Shown here: positions 25,091 to 36,081 of the stretch, piece after piece
Position numbering within the stretch: position 1 is the first letter of the stretch
Layout: the number at the start of each line of letters is the position of its first letter
NCBI RefSeq assembly: GCF_963921235.1
Contig: NW_026948199.1
Span: 62,001-126,000 of the forward strand
DNA from: Mobula hypostoma
Taxonomy: Eukaryota
Length of the DNA: 64,000 nucleotides
Direction of reading: 5' to 3'
Translations under genes and position numbers: made by a program
Notes under the pieces: generated by a model
The model's input: the letters and a program-made list of their open reading frames with translations, nothing else
Database searches by the model: none
Told to the model about the DNA's origin: nothing

Positions 25091-26285
25091 CCAACCTTAA
25101 TCTGCAGTGTTTAATTGTGCAAAATATGGTGGTACATAACTGAGAGCAATAATACTGGCGTCAAGAATAATCTAACTCAGACCATTTTCAGCATGATGAT
25201 AATCTAATTAGTTATAATAATAAAGGAACTTCAAAGGGATGTGACCGCTTTATTGTTTCAACCTGAAGTACTTAAACAAAGGGAGAAGAGGGATGATTTG
25301 CAATTTTGGGATAATACCTAAAATAATGCAAGACTGGACAAGACGTCAACAGCACAAACTAAACACTGATGGGGTTTCCATTAATGCCACCAGTCTGTGT
25401 TATACAGTGACAAACCAAAGCTCATTCACAGCATACAACATTCTCTGGGATGTGTCTGGCAGAATCGATGATAATGAAACTCAAGTATAGGATGATGAGC
25501 AATAATGTAATTATTTGTGTTATTTCTTCAGACAGTTTATTGGGAAGATAGGATAATTAATAAGAAACCAGAGAAACAATGTTGGCATAATGTCTCATGT
25601 GTGGACAGAAGGTTTCAGTATATTGGCTCATCTAACATAACAAGGAGAATGAGAAAATATATCCCACCCAATTAATTTAACCGCCATTAGGGAGCATTTA
25701 GGAAAATTCCTTAAAATGTTTCAGAAACGACTAAAGATGTGAGACACCAGTAATTATTGGTGTGGACTGTGGTTTATATCGGTTTCCTTCAGTTTTTGTT
25801 TTTTTTTGTTGCTGATTGGTGGGTGGGTGATGTTTCTTCTTTTGGGCGAGGAAGGGGTTGTGGGTTTGAGATCTGATGTACTTGTTGGTATTTTCCGTGT
25901 GAACGATCCGTTATTGCGTGCAAGAGTTTGGGGGAGGGTTGACGTTATTGTCACTGTTTTTATTTGTGGGAGGGGCTTGGGGGTTAGGGGTTTGATCTTT
26001 TAGCTGCTGTGTTCAGGTGAGCGATCTGTTAAGTTTTTGTGCAGGGGAGGAGTTGATATCTGTTCTTCCATGGTTTTTCTGTATTTCATGGCTATCTGGA
26101 GAAGACGAATCTCAGAGTTGTATTCTGCAAACATACTTTGATAATAAAATTAATCTTTGGACTTTTAAAGATGGAAAAAGACCTACAACAAAAAGAGATT
26201 AATATGGTATATGGCCAAAGAGAATTATTAAGATTGGCTAAGATTGAGGATATTTTCAGGAGGTGGTGCCTCAAGAAGTCAGCAT

Positions 26286-26496
26286 CCATCAGGAAGGATC
26301 CCACCCCAAGGACATGCCCTCTTCACATTCCTTCTCCATCAGGGAGGATCCCACCCAAGGACATGCCCTCTTCACATTCCTTCTCCATCAGGGAGGATCC
26401 CACCCCAAAGACATGCCCTCTTCACATTCCTTCTCCATCAGGGAGGATCCCACCCAAGGACATGCCCTCTTCACATTCCTTCTCCATCAGGGAGGA
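26286..26496 (+). repeat. Tandem repeat, four copies of 49-50 bp, amplified inside a Rex 3' fragment
   Basis: Unit CCATCAGGGAGGATCCCACCC(C)AAGGACATGCCCTCTTCACATTCCTTCT; lengths alternate 50/49. Confidence 0.9.
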
Positions 26497-26939
26497 GGGA
26501 CAGAAACCTGAAGGTCCACATTCAGAAACTGTTTTTTCCCCTCTGCCACCAAATGAGCCCATGAATAGTACTTCACTATTTACTTTTGCCATATGAGTTT
26601 AGTAATTTACAGTAAGCTTACATGTTTGCACTGCACTGCTCCACAACAGCAAATTTTATGCCACATAAAAGTGATAACATAACAGATCATGATTACCTAT
26701 TGGTGGGATATTTTTGAAGGGTGTTCCACCAAAGCTCATGTAGTTTTAAGATTAGCCAACCACTTGGCAATTGTACAATTTGCATTAAAAATAATAGTTC
26801 GCATTGGCTTCATTATTGTCATATGTACCAAGACAGAAAGAAAAGTTTTGATTGCATGTTGTCACAATGATCTTTGTATGTTACACGATCAAACTCTGTA
26901 CGTACAATGACAAGGGAACAGAAATTTTGTATGATGTAA

Positions 26940-27705
26940 AGTGACCTTCAACAGAACTATCAAAGTACAGTACATATATAGCACCACATACAACCATGAG
27001 ACTTATTTTCTTGTGGGCATACTCAATAAATCTATAGAATAACCATAATAGAATCAATGAAAGACCACCCAACTCGGGGTTTTAACCAGAGTGCAGTAGA
27101 CAACAAACTGTGCAATAAAAAGCAAAAAAAAAGTGAATATTAAGAACAGAAGATGAAGAGACCTTGAAAGTAATTCCTTAGGATGTGGGAACATTTCAGT
27201 GATGGGGTGAGTGAAGTTATCTCCTCTGGTTCAGGAGCCTGATGGTTGAGGGGTAATAACTGTTCCTGAACCTGGCACTGAGTCCCGAGGCTCCTGCACC
27301 TTGTTCCTGATGGCGGCGGCAAGACAGCATGTCCTGGATGGTGGGGAGTCCCTCATAATGGATTCTTCCTTCGTGTGACAGCATTTCATGTAGATGTGCT
27401 CAATGGCTGGAAGGGCTTTACCCGTGATGTAGTGGGCCATATCCACTACTTTTCTAAGATTTTCCATTCAAGGGCATTGTGTTTCCATACCAGACTGTGA
27501 AGCAGTTAGTCAATATACTCCCTGCTACACATCTATAGAAGTTTTCAAACTTTTAGATGTCATTGCGAATCTCCACAGAGTCTTATCGCAGTAAAGGTGC
27601 TGCAGTGCTGTCTTCATCATTGTACTTACAGGCCCAGGACAGGCCCTCTGAAACGGTAACAGCCAGGAATTTAAAATTGCTGACCCTCTCCACCTCTGAA
27701 CCTCA
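26940..27705 (-). mobile_element. Rex1/Babar LINE 3' fragment
   Basis: ENLRKVVDMAHYITGKALPAIEHIY; reverse-complement homolog of 21904-22560. Confidence 0.75.
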
Positions 27706-28429
27706 TCATGGCATTATTTCAAGATCAAGAATATAGATGAAATATATAAATACACAAACTGTTACTTCAATTGTAACATTTTAAAAGGTTAGCTTGTGAT
27801 CACTGGAGAAAACCATGTATACTGCAGCGTGCTAGGAAATGAACTCCAATCGGGTATGGAAGGAAATGCATGAAAGAGCAACAGTTCACTGAAGCCAGAT
27901 ACCAGCACAGGAGACGAGGAATTAAGTGGAGAGAATAATCAATCTGTTCTAATTCCAAGGAGAACAGCAGGACTGTGCTGATGTGCAATTAGACTAAATT
28001 TGTCAAATGGAGTCAGAACTAAATACAACTCTGGAATGTCTCTGCTTTCACTCAAGTTGCCTCCGCCCCTCTCTTTAGCTCACCTTCCTATCCAAACAAC
28101 TCCTTCACCCTCTGTCCTTATCACCCAACTCTTCCCTCACCCCTAACCTCCCCTTACCCTAACTCAGCGACTCCTCGGCCCCTCATCACCCATAACCTCC
28201 CCCCACACATCCTGAACCCCACCTTCACATGTCAACCCCCTCGACCTCACTCAGCTTAGACACCTCATGCGGACACCCTGAACTCTCCTTCACCCACGTA
28301 AACTGACCCATCATTCACACCATGACCCCTCCCAAATGCACTGCCTCTCCTACCCTGACTCATCATTACCCCAACCTCATTCAGATTACCCCCTCCCCCT
28401 CACGTGTCAATTCCACCCTCACACCTCAG

Positions 28430-29870
28430 CCACTCCCTCATCCTCACAACCCGACCCCTCCCTCACCCTCTCACCTCAACCCCTCCCTCACCCCGACCAC
28501 TCCCACTCCCTCATCCTCACACCCAACCCCTCCCTCACCCTCTCACCCCGACCCTTCCCTCACCCTCAGCCCAACCCCTCCCTCAACTCTGACCCCTCCC
28601 TCATCCCCTGACCCTCTCCTCATCCTCAGCCTGACCCCTCCCTCACACCCTGACCATTCCCACACCCCGACCCCTCCGTCATCCTCACCCCGACCCCTCC
28701 CTCCCCCTCACACCCAGACCCCTCCCTCCCCCACACCCCGACCCCTCCCTCCCCCTCACACCCAGACCCCTCCGTCATCCTTACCCCGACCCTTTCCTCA
28801 TCCCGACCCCTCCCTCCCCCTCACACCCAGACCCCTCCGTCATCCTCACCCCGACCCCTCCCTCCCCCTCAAACCCAGACCCCTCCCTCCCCCTCACACC
28901 CAGACCCCTCCGTCATCCTCACCCCAACCCCTCCCTCCCCCTCACACCCAGAGCCCTCCCTCCCCCTCACACCCAGACCCCTCCGTCATCCTCACCCCGA
29001 CCCCTCCCTCCCCCTCACACCCAGACCCCTCCCTCCCCCTCACACCCAGACCCCTCCGTCATCCTCACCCCAACCCCTCCCTCTCACACCCAGACCCCTC
29101 CCTCCCCCTCACACCCAGACCCCTCCGTCATCCTCACCCCGACCCCTCCCTCCTCCTCACACCCAGACCCCTCCGTCATCCTTACCCCGACCCTTTCGTC
29201 ATCCCGACCCCTCCCTCCCCCACACCCAGACCCCTCCCTCCCCCTCACACCCAGACCCCTCCGTCATCCTCACCCCGACCCCTCCCTCCCCCACACCCCG
29301 ACCCCTCCCTCCCCCTCACACCCAGACCCCTCCCTCCCCCTCACACCCAGACCCCTCCGTCATCCTCACCCCGACCCCTCCCTCCCCCTCACACCCAGAC
29401 CCCTCCCTCCCCCACACCCCGACCCCTCCCTCCCCCTCACACCCAGACCCCTCCGTCATCCTTACCCCGACCCTTTCCTCATCCCGACCCCTCCCTCCCC
29501 CTCACACCCAGACCCCTCCCTCCCCCTCACACCCAGACCCCTCCGTCATCCTCACCCCGACCCCTCCCTCCCCCTCACACCCAGACCCCTCCGTCATCCT
29601 CACCCCGACCCCTCCCTCCCCCTCACACCCAGACCCCTCCCTCCCCCTCACACCCAGACCCCTCCGTCATCCTCACCCCGACCCCTCCCTCCCCCTCACA
29701 CCCAGACCCCTCCGTCATCCTCACCCCGACCCCTCCCTCCCCCTCACACCCAGACCCCTCCGTCATCCTTACCCCGACCCTTTCCTCATCCCGACCCCTC
29801 CCTCCCCCTCACACCCAGACCCCTCCGTCATCCTCACCCCGACCCCTCCCTCCCCCCCACACCCAACTAC
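28430..29870. repeat. C-rich minisatellite (23-25-bp units, G-rich on the minus strand)
   Basis: Units CACACCCAGACCCCTCCCTCCCCCT, CACACCCAGACCCCTCCGTCATCCT and CACCCCGACCCCTCCCTCCCCCT. Confidence 0.95.
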
Positions 29871-29879
29871 TCCGTCACT

Positions 29880-30340
29880 CCGACTCCCCCTCACATGCTG
29901 AACTTTCTCACCCAGACCTCCCCTCCGCCCCCACACACACCTTGGGTTTCTCGCTCTCAGCCGTCGTCTATCTCAACAGATCCCGCTTCGCGCCTCAGCC
30001 GTGCACGTCATCGATTTCTGCGCTCTACGCACCCCCCCCCCATTCCGCCGAGCACGTCATCGATTCCTGTGCACTACACCCCCCTCCACTCCGATTCCGC
30101 CGTGCACGTCATTATTTCCCGCGCTCCACCTCGCATGTGATAGACTCCAGCGCCTCGCGCAGTACATCTGGGTGCGGCTTCTGCCGCGTGCTGCCAGGGC
30201 TTCGCCACCATCTCCCGTCAGGCTCGGCGACTGCTACCATCTTGGTAGAGGCGTGGGCAGCTTCGGCTCCTAGCCCTTCCTCCCATCAGGCTCGGTGGCT
30301 GCTACCATCTTGGTAGAGGCGTGGGCATGTTGGTTAAGAT
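29880..30340 (-). promoter_or_regulatory. CpG-rich promoter-like region with a candidate non-coding first exon ending at 29941
   Basis: High CpG; three CACGTCA (CRE/ATF-like) sites at 30004, 30053 and 30105; two CCATCTT (YY1-like) sites; minus-strand donor AAG|GTGTGT at 29941/29940. Confidence 0.5.
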
Positions 30341-31018
30341 GGCAAACCTCACCCTTCACCTTGCCCAGACTCCAAGCTTTGAAGCCAGGGAATGGGGGCA
30401 AACTCTGGGTGTAAGGGAAGTCAGCTTTCCAACTCTATGGGCAGATGCCAGTAAGGGATGGGATGGTGATTGGGCATTGAGTGGGACAAAGGATCAGGGA
30501 TCCATGGTTGCACATCTGCAGTTAGCTGGCCAGGACCACAGGACAGCTAGCGGGCTTCATGAACACAGGGACTGGGGTGCAAGGCAGCTGGCAGCCACTC
30601 ACCAGAAATTCCCTTTGCACCATTTGAACGCTCCCTTGAGCCAGAGAGTACTAAATTCCTGTTACTTGTCCCATAAAATTATAATCCACACCACACACAC
30701 TTTTCCCTAGTCCCACTACCACCGAACCTCTGTTCCCGGTTAACAACCTCTCTGGCTATGAATAACGCTCCTCACTGGAACCAGGGTCTTCGGGAGTGGG
30801 AAGAGGGCACAGAAGTCAGCATCCAGGGAGCCAGACGCCAAAAGGTTATTTGAAATTTCATTGTACACAACAAACTACCCATGGCCCTCTGACTGTGGAT
30901 GTATGTGCCCCAGCTGTGTTGATACACAAGCCGGTGCAGTACAACGGGGAGAGCGAGCTGTTGCCCATGCAGCGGGCTCCCCCTCTCCACTCAGAACAGA
31001 CAATGCGATACAGAAACT

Positions 31019-31117
31019 CACAGCACGCTGTAGGAACTCAGCAGGTCAGGCAGCATCAGTGGAAACCATGAGTCGACGTGTTGCTTTGATCCCAGCATCT
31101 GCAGATTATTTTATGTT
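31019..31117. mobile_element. Tiny Penelope pLTR-derived insertion
   Basis: pLTR motifs GGAACTCAGCAGGTCAGGCAGCATC and CCAGCATCTGCAG; flanking duplication TGCGAT(A/T)CAGAAACT at 31004-31018 and 31118-31132. Confidence 0.7.
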
Positions 31118-31124
31118 TGCGATT

Positions 31125-31232
31125 CAGAAACTACCACAAACTTTTATTTTACGCTTGTTAGCCCGTCACCCCAGAGTGCTGGGTGGGGCATTGGCCGCTG
31201 GGACCTCGCGCAGAGTGAGACACAGTGGCTGG
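31125..31232 (-). other. Candidate terminal exon of the BANP-like gene, with poly(A) signal
   Basis: Minus strand shows branch-like GCTAAC, a pyrimidine tract and CAG| at 31233, then AATAAA at 31148-31143. Confidence 0.45.
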
Positions 31233-31819
31233 CTGAATGGTTGGAAGCACAAAGAACGTTGGCAGAGGTTAGCAGATAAGCAGAAACCACAGGAGGCAAA
31301 TCGAAAGCTTGGAATCCTATATTTTTGCCTTCTTCAGATAGATTGCCTGCAATGTCCCCCACCTTCTGCCAGAAGACACCACCACCCACTTGCACCATTC
31401 AGTCTCTCGTGGTGTCCCCCACCTTGTTACGGACCTGTCGTTTACCCTGAATGAATCGTGTGCTTCATTTACTTTCGACATTTTCCTACCTCTGACGGCA
31501 GCTCATCAACTCAATCCGCTATCTCCGATTTTCTCTCCACGGGCACTTTTGTCAAGAGTGGATTTTATTTCAGATTTCCAGAATGTGCAGTGTCTGGCTT
31601 TACTGGTTGTTTAAATTGTCATTTAGAGATACAGCAGGGTAACAGGCCCTCCCAGCCCAATGAGTCGACAATGCCCAATTACTCCCACTTAACCTAATAA
31701 CCCATCCAACTTTTGAATGTGGAGCACCCGGGGGAAACCCTCACAGGGAGAATGTTGCCACGGAAACTGAACCAGAGTCACTGGCATTACGCTAACCTCT
31801 ATGCTAATGGACCAGCTTA

Positions 31820-32360
31820 GAGACATCGAAAAGTAGAGCTCAGAAACAGGCCCTTCAGCCCATCTAGTCCATACCGAACCATTTAAGCTGCCTACTTCCA
31901 TTGACCTCCACCGGGACCACAACCCTCCATGTACCTGTCCAAACTTCTCTTAAATGTTGAAATTGAGCTTGCTTGCAGCACTTGCGATAGCAGCTCGTTC
32001 CACACTCTGAGTGAAGAAGTTTTCCCTCATATTCCCCTTAAACGTTTCGTCTTTCACCCTAACCCATGACCTCTGGTTGTAGCCCTGTCCAACCTCAATG
32101 GAAAAAGCCTGCTTGCAGTTACCCCATCTACACCCCTCATAATTTTGTATACCTTTATCAAACCCCCTCTCAATCTTCTACATTCCAAGGAAGAAAGTCC
32201 TAATCTTTCCTGATAAATCCGGCAACATCCTTGTACTTTTTCAACCTTATTTACATCTTTCCTGTAGCTAGGTGACCAAACGTGTCCACAACACTCCAAG
32301 TTCAGACTCTCCAATGTATAACAACTTCAGCATAACATCCCATCTCCTGTGCTCGATACT
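31820..32360 (-). mobile_element. CR1 3' fragment
   Basis: WSPSYRKDVNKVE..RRLRGGLIKVYKIM..TRGHGL. Confidence 0.8.
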
Positions 32361-33564
32361 GGAGATTGTATCGCACACTTTCAGCTGTTTCTTCCACTTT
32401 CCCAGCATTTCCATCTCCTTCAGAGCAGCTGCAGTGAACAAGCCTCCTCCCCAGGTCATGCCGTCTCCACCACGCCATCAACACCCCTCAGTTCTTTCTG
32501 ACCCTTCCCCTTCTCTACAACAGGGGACGTGTTCCGTTTCACACTTCCAGAAACATTGGCTCTGTTTCTCTGTCCCACTGCCTGACCAGCTCAGTGTTTT
32601 CGCTCAAATTTCCAGCACGAGTAGTTTCCCGCTTCCCTCCTGCTCTGCAATGAGGCAACACTCAGAAGTATTCGGGTGTGTCATAGTCTCTGGAGGGCGG
32701 CCGCAGAATGCCTGAACCAAAATCATGGCATTACTTTATTGTGGATCAGTGCAGGCTTGTGTCTCAAACAACTTGGGCCCAGAGATGGTACCAGGTTACA
32801 CAGAGCAGCACAGAACAGGCCCTTCGGCCCACAATGCTGTGCTGACCTATTCTTTCCCTGCCACACAGCCCACCACTCTCCATCTTCCTTTCACTCTTGA
32901 GCCTATCTAAAAGTTTCTTAAATGTCCCCAACGTATGTGCCCAAACCAGCACCCCGACAGTGCACTCCACACAGCCAGCACACTGTGTGTAAAAAGCCTA
33001 CCTCTGACATCTCCCCTAAAGTTTGCTCCACTCACCCTAACAGCGTTCGCCATTGGCACCAGGGTTAAAAACTACCGGATACCCACCGTGTCTGTGCTTC
33101 TCATAATCTTACAAACCTCTCACCCACCTTCATTCCGAAGAGGAAGAGCCCAACCTTTCTGCATATGACATACTCTCTAGTCCCAGTAAATCTCTTCTGC
33201 ACCTTCTCTACAGCTTCTGCATCCTTCCTATAATGAGGCGACCAGGAGTGAATTCAATATTACCTCACTTGGACAAACCTTGGGCCTGTAAGGAGAGCAA
33301 ACACGGTGGCAACAGCCTCACCTCCCCAATGCCAGGAGGGTAACGTGCAGGTGCAACAAGCTGTTAAGAAGGTAGGTGCATCAGCTTTATTGAAAGAGAT
33401 TTAAGAGACGTTTCACTCCACTTGGACAGTGTCCTGGTGAGACCGCACCTGGAATATCACATACCCAGAGAAGCATAGACGTGGCGGAGGGAGTGCAGGA
33501 GTTAGGACCTCTTACTCCAAAAATACAGGGCACCAGTGAGACTGTCCGTGGAATATTGTGTACT

Positions 33565-33925
33565 GGTCTGGTCCTCCGACTCAGCGGGGGGGGCGCTACG
33601 GTCCTCCGACTCAACGGGGGAGGGGCGCTACGGTCTTCTGACTCAACGGGGGAGGGGCGCTACGGTCTTCTGACTCAGCGAGGGGGCGCTACGGTCTTCT
33701 GACTCAGCGGGGGGGTACTACGGTCCTCCGACTCAGCGGGGGGGCGCTACGGTCTTCCGACTCAGCGGGGGGGGGCGTTACAGTCCTCCGACTTAGCGGG
33801 GGGGGGCGTTACAGTCCTCCGACTTAGCGGGGGGGAGGGTGCTACGGTCTTCTGACAGCGGGGGAGGCAGTACGGTCTTCCGACAGCGGGGTGGGGGGGG
33901 CACTACGGTCCTCCGACTCGGCGGG
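33565..33925 (+). repeat. G-rich minisatellite (~30-bp unit) arising inside a degraded CR1 fragment
   Basis: Unit GCTACGGTC(C/T)TCCGACTCAGCGGGGGGGGC, about 12 copies. Confidence 0.9.
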
Positions 33926-34568
33926 GCGTGGACTTGTAAGGAGCGTAGCAAAGGCTCATGAGGAATAATCATTAGACATAACAAAATCTTTGGAGTTTGA
34001 TAGGAAGGGTGATCTCCTTGGCAGTGCCCAGATCCACAGAATGAAGGGGCTACTCGGGACAGAGGTGGGGGAGAAACTCCTTCCCCCAGAGAGGAGTGAA
34101 GGTCAGGAATTCTCTTCCGCCCTCTGGATGTTAGGGGAATGGAGGGAGAGAGGGAAGGTGGCACTGAGGTAGCAAATGGGGTCAAATGGGAAGGCAGGAA
34201 TGTGGGAGGGTGAATTATCCCCTCGCACAGAAATAGACCCTCAATTTCAGGTCTCGTTCTTGGATTGGGGAGGGGGTACAGCGTAACAGCTCTCTCCAAT
34301 TTCTCAGGCACTCTGCTTTACCTGGGCCAGCCGCTCAATGTCAGAGGAGGGGGTATCGAAGCAGGAGGGAGAGGAGGGTCCAGCAGTGTGTCGAGGAGAA
34401 GAGGGAAGAGGCCCAGAACGCGGTGGTGGTCTCGGGGAGGGTGGAAACACCAGGCCTGGGATCAGAGTGTGCCTACGCTCAGAGACATGCGCCCGGCTGA
34501 GTGTGTGGGTGAGGGGGGGTTGTCCTGCGGCCTCACGCCGGGGGTGGAAGAGGAGGGAAGGCGTGCGG

Positions 34569-34803
34569 TCAGTACATGAGCTGGTACAGCAGGTTGGTGG
34601 CGTCCGGCAGCAGGGCCACGGAGCCGTCTGTCTGCTCCTCCCCGCCTTCCCGGCCGTCCGCGCACAGCGCCACGATCCGCACGCCCGGGATCACCCCCTC
34701 TGACCTCCCACCCTCCCCCGCCCCTGCCGCCTCTCTGTTGCCCTCAAACTCCTCCTCTGACTGCCGGGCCTTGCCTGGCGCCTCTTGTGGCACGGTGGCT
34801 GAG
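34569..34803 (-). CDS. BANP: BANP-like gene, coding exon 4 (last; stop TGA at 34571-34569)
   Basis: Acceptor CCCCCACAG|C; phase-2 join (AG+C = Ser) keeps the frame: SATVPQEAPGK...VIPGVRIVALC...GSVALLPDATNLLYQLMY*. Confidence 0.7.
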
Positions 34804-35049
34804 CTGTGGGGGTTGGGGGGGGGAAGAGGTGAGGGATTAGTTTGGGGGGGGTGATGAATGGGTGGGATGGGGGGGAGAAAATTAAACACAGAATTAAATT
34901 AGATCCAACACAAGCTCACCTCCCCAGTCCTTTTCCCCTCAAGGACCCTCAACAATGGGGGAAGGACCCACCTCGAACCTCACTTTCACAACATGGGACC
35001 AAGTTCGAGTGTGTGGGTAGGGTGGGGGAGGACGAGGAGTGAGTAGGGT

Positions 35050-36081
35050 TTGCAGTGACTAGTGGGGTACTACAAGGCTCAGTGCTGCCCCAGTTGTTTA
35101 CAATATATATTAATAACTTAGACGAGGGAATTAAATGCAACATCTCCAAGTTTGCGGATGACACGAAGCAGGGCAGCAGTGTTAGCTGTGAGGAGGATGC
35201 TAAGAGGATGCAGGGTGACTTGGATAGGTTAGGCGAGTGGGCAAATTCATGGCAGATGCAATTTAATGTGGATAAATGTGAGGTTATCCACTTTGGTGGC
35301 AAGAACAGGAAAACAGATTATTTTCTGAATGGTGGCCGATTAGGAAAAGGGGAGGTGCAACGAGACCTGGGTGTCATTATACACCAGTCATTGAAAGTGG
35401 GCATGCAGGTACAGCAGGCAGTGAAAAAGGCGAATGGTATGCTGGCATTCATAGCAAGAGGATTCAAGTACAGGAGTAGGGAGGTACTACTGCAATTGTA
35501 CAAGGCCTTGGTGAGACCACACCTGGAGTATTGTGTGCAGTTTTGATCCCCTAATCTGAGGAAAGACATTCTTGCCATAGAGGGAGTACAAAGAAGGTTC
35601 ACCAGATTGATTCCTGGGATGGCAGGACTTTCATATGATGAAAGACTGGATCGACTCGGCTTATACTCTCTGGAATTTAGAAGATTGAGGGGGGATCTGA
35701 TTGAAACGTATAAGGTTCTAAAGGGATTGGACAGCTTAGATGTAGGAAAATTGTTCCTGATATTGGGGAAGTCCAGAACGAGGGGTCACAGTTTGAGGAT
35801 AAAGGGGAAGCCTTTAGGACCGAGATTAGGAAAAACTTCTTCACACAGAGAGTGGTGAATCTGTGGAATTCTCTGCCACAGGAAACAGCTGAGGCCAGTT
35901 CACTGGCTATATTTAAGAGGGAGTTAGATATGGCCCTGTGGCTAAAGGGATCAGGGGGTATGGAGGGAAGGCTGGTACAGGGTTCTGAGTTGGATGATCA
36001 GCCATGATGGTACTGAATGGCGATGCAGGCTCGAAGGGCCGAATGGCCTACTCCTGCACCTATTTTCTATGTTTCTATGTT
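35050..36081 (+). mobile_element. CR1 3' fragment (RT C-terminus plus tail)
   Basis: TSGVLQGSVL, KFADDTK, LVRPHLEYCVQF; tail (TTTCTATG)n. Confidence 0.9.

Larger units (their letters stand above)
22560..26800 (+). pseudogene. Degenerate retroviral env-like remnant in pieces (22560-23113, 25102-25750, 26165-26245, 26685-26800), separated by Penelope and Rex insertions
   Basis: GGIGMGMRISTNSI (fusion-peptide-like), TNLNLQCLIVQ joined across the Penelope TSD, GEEGMICN, HPINLTAIREHL, QKEINMVYGQRELLRLAK and YWWDIFEGCSTKAHVVLRL. These occur in the order I recall for class III/SnRV-like env. Confidence 0.55.

Noticed and set aside
25720-25770. Weak resemblance to 909-950, as a possible 3' LTR of the old ERV
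   Set aside because: Short, gapped match, and env-like coding continues downstream to ~26800. No convincing 3' LTR was found.
28322-30316. 664-aa Pro-rich extensin-like ORF
   Set aside because: Translation of a C-rich minisatellite that lacks stop codons because of its composition.
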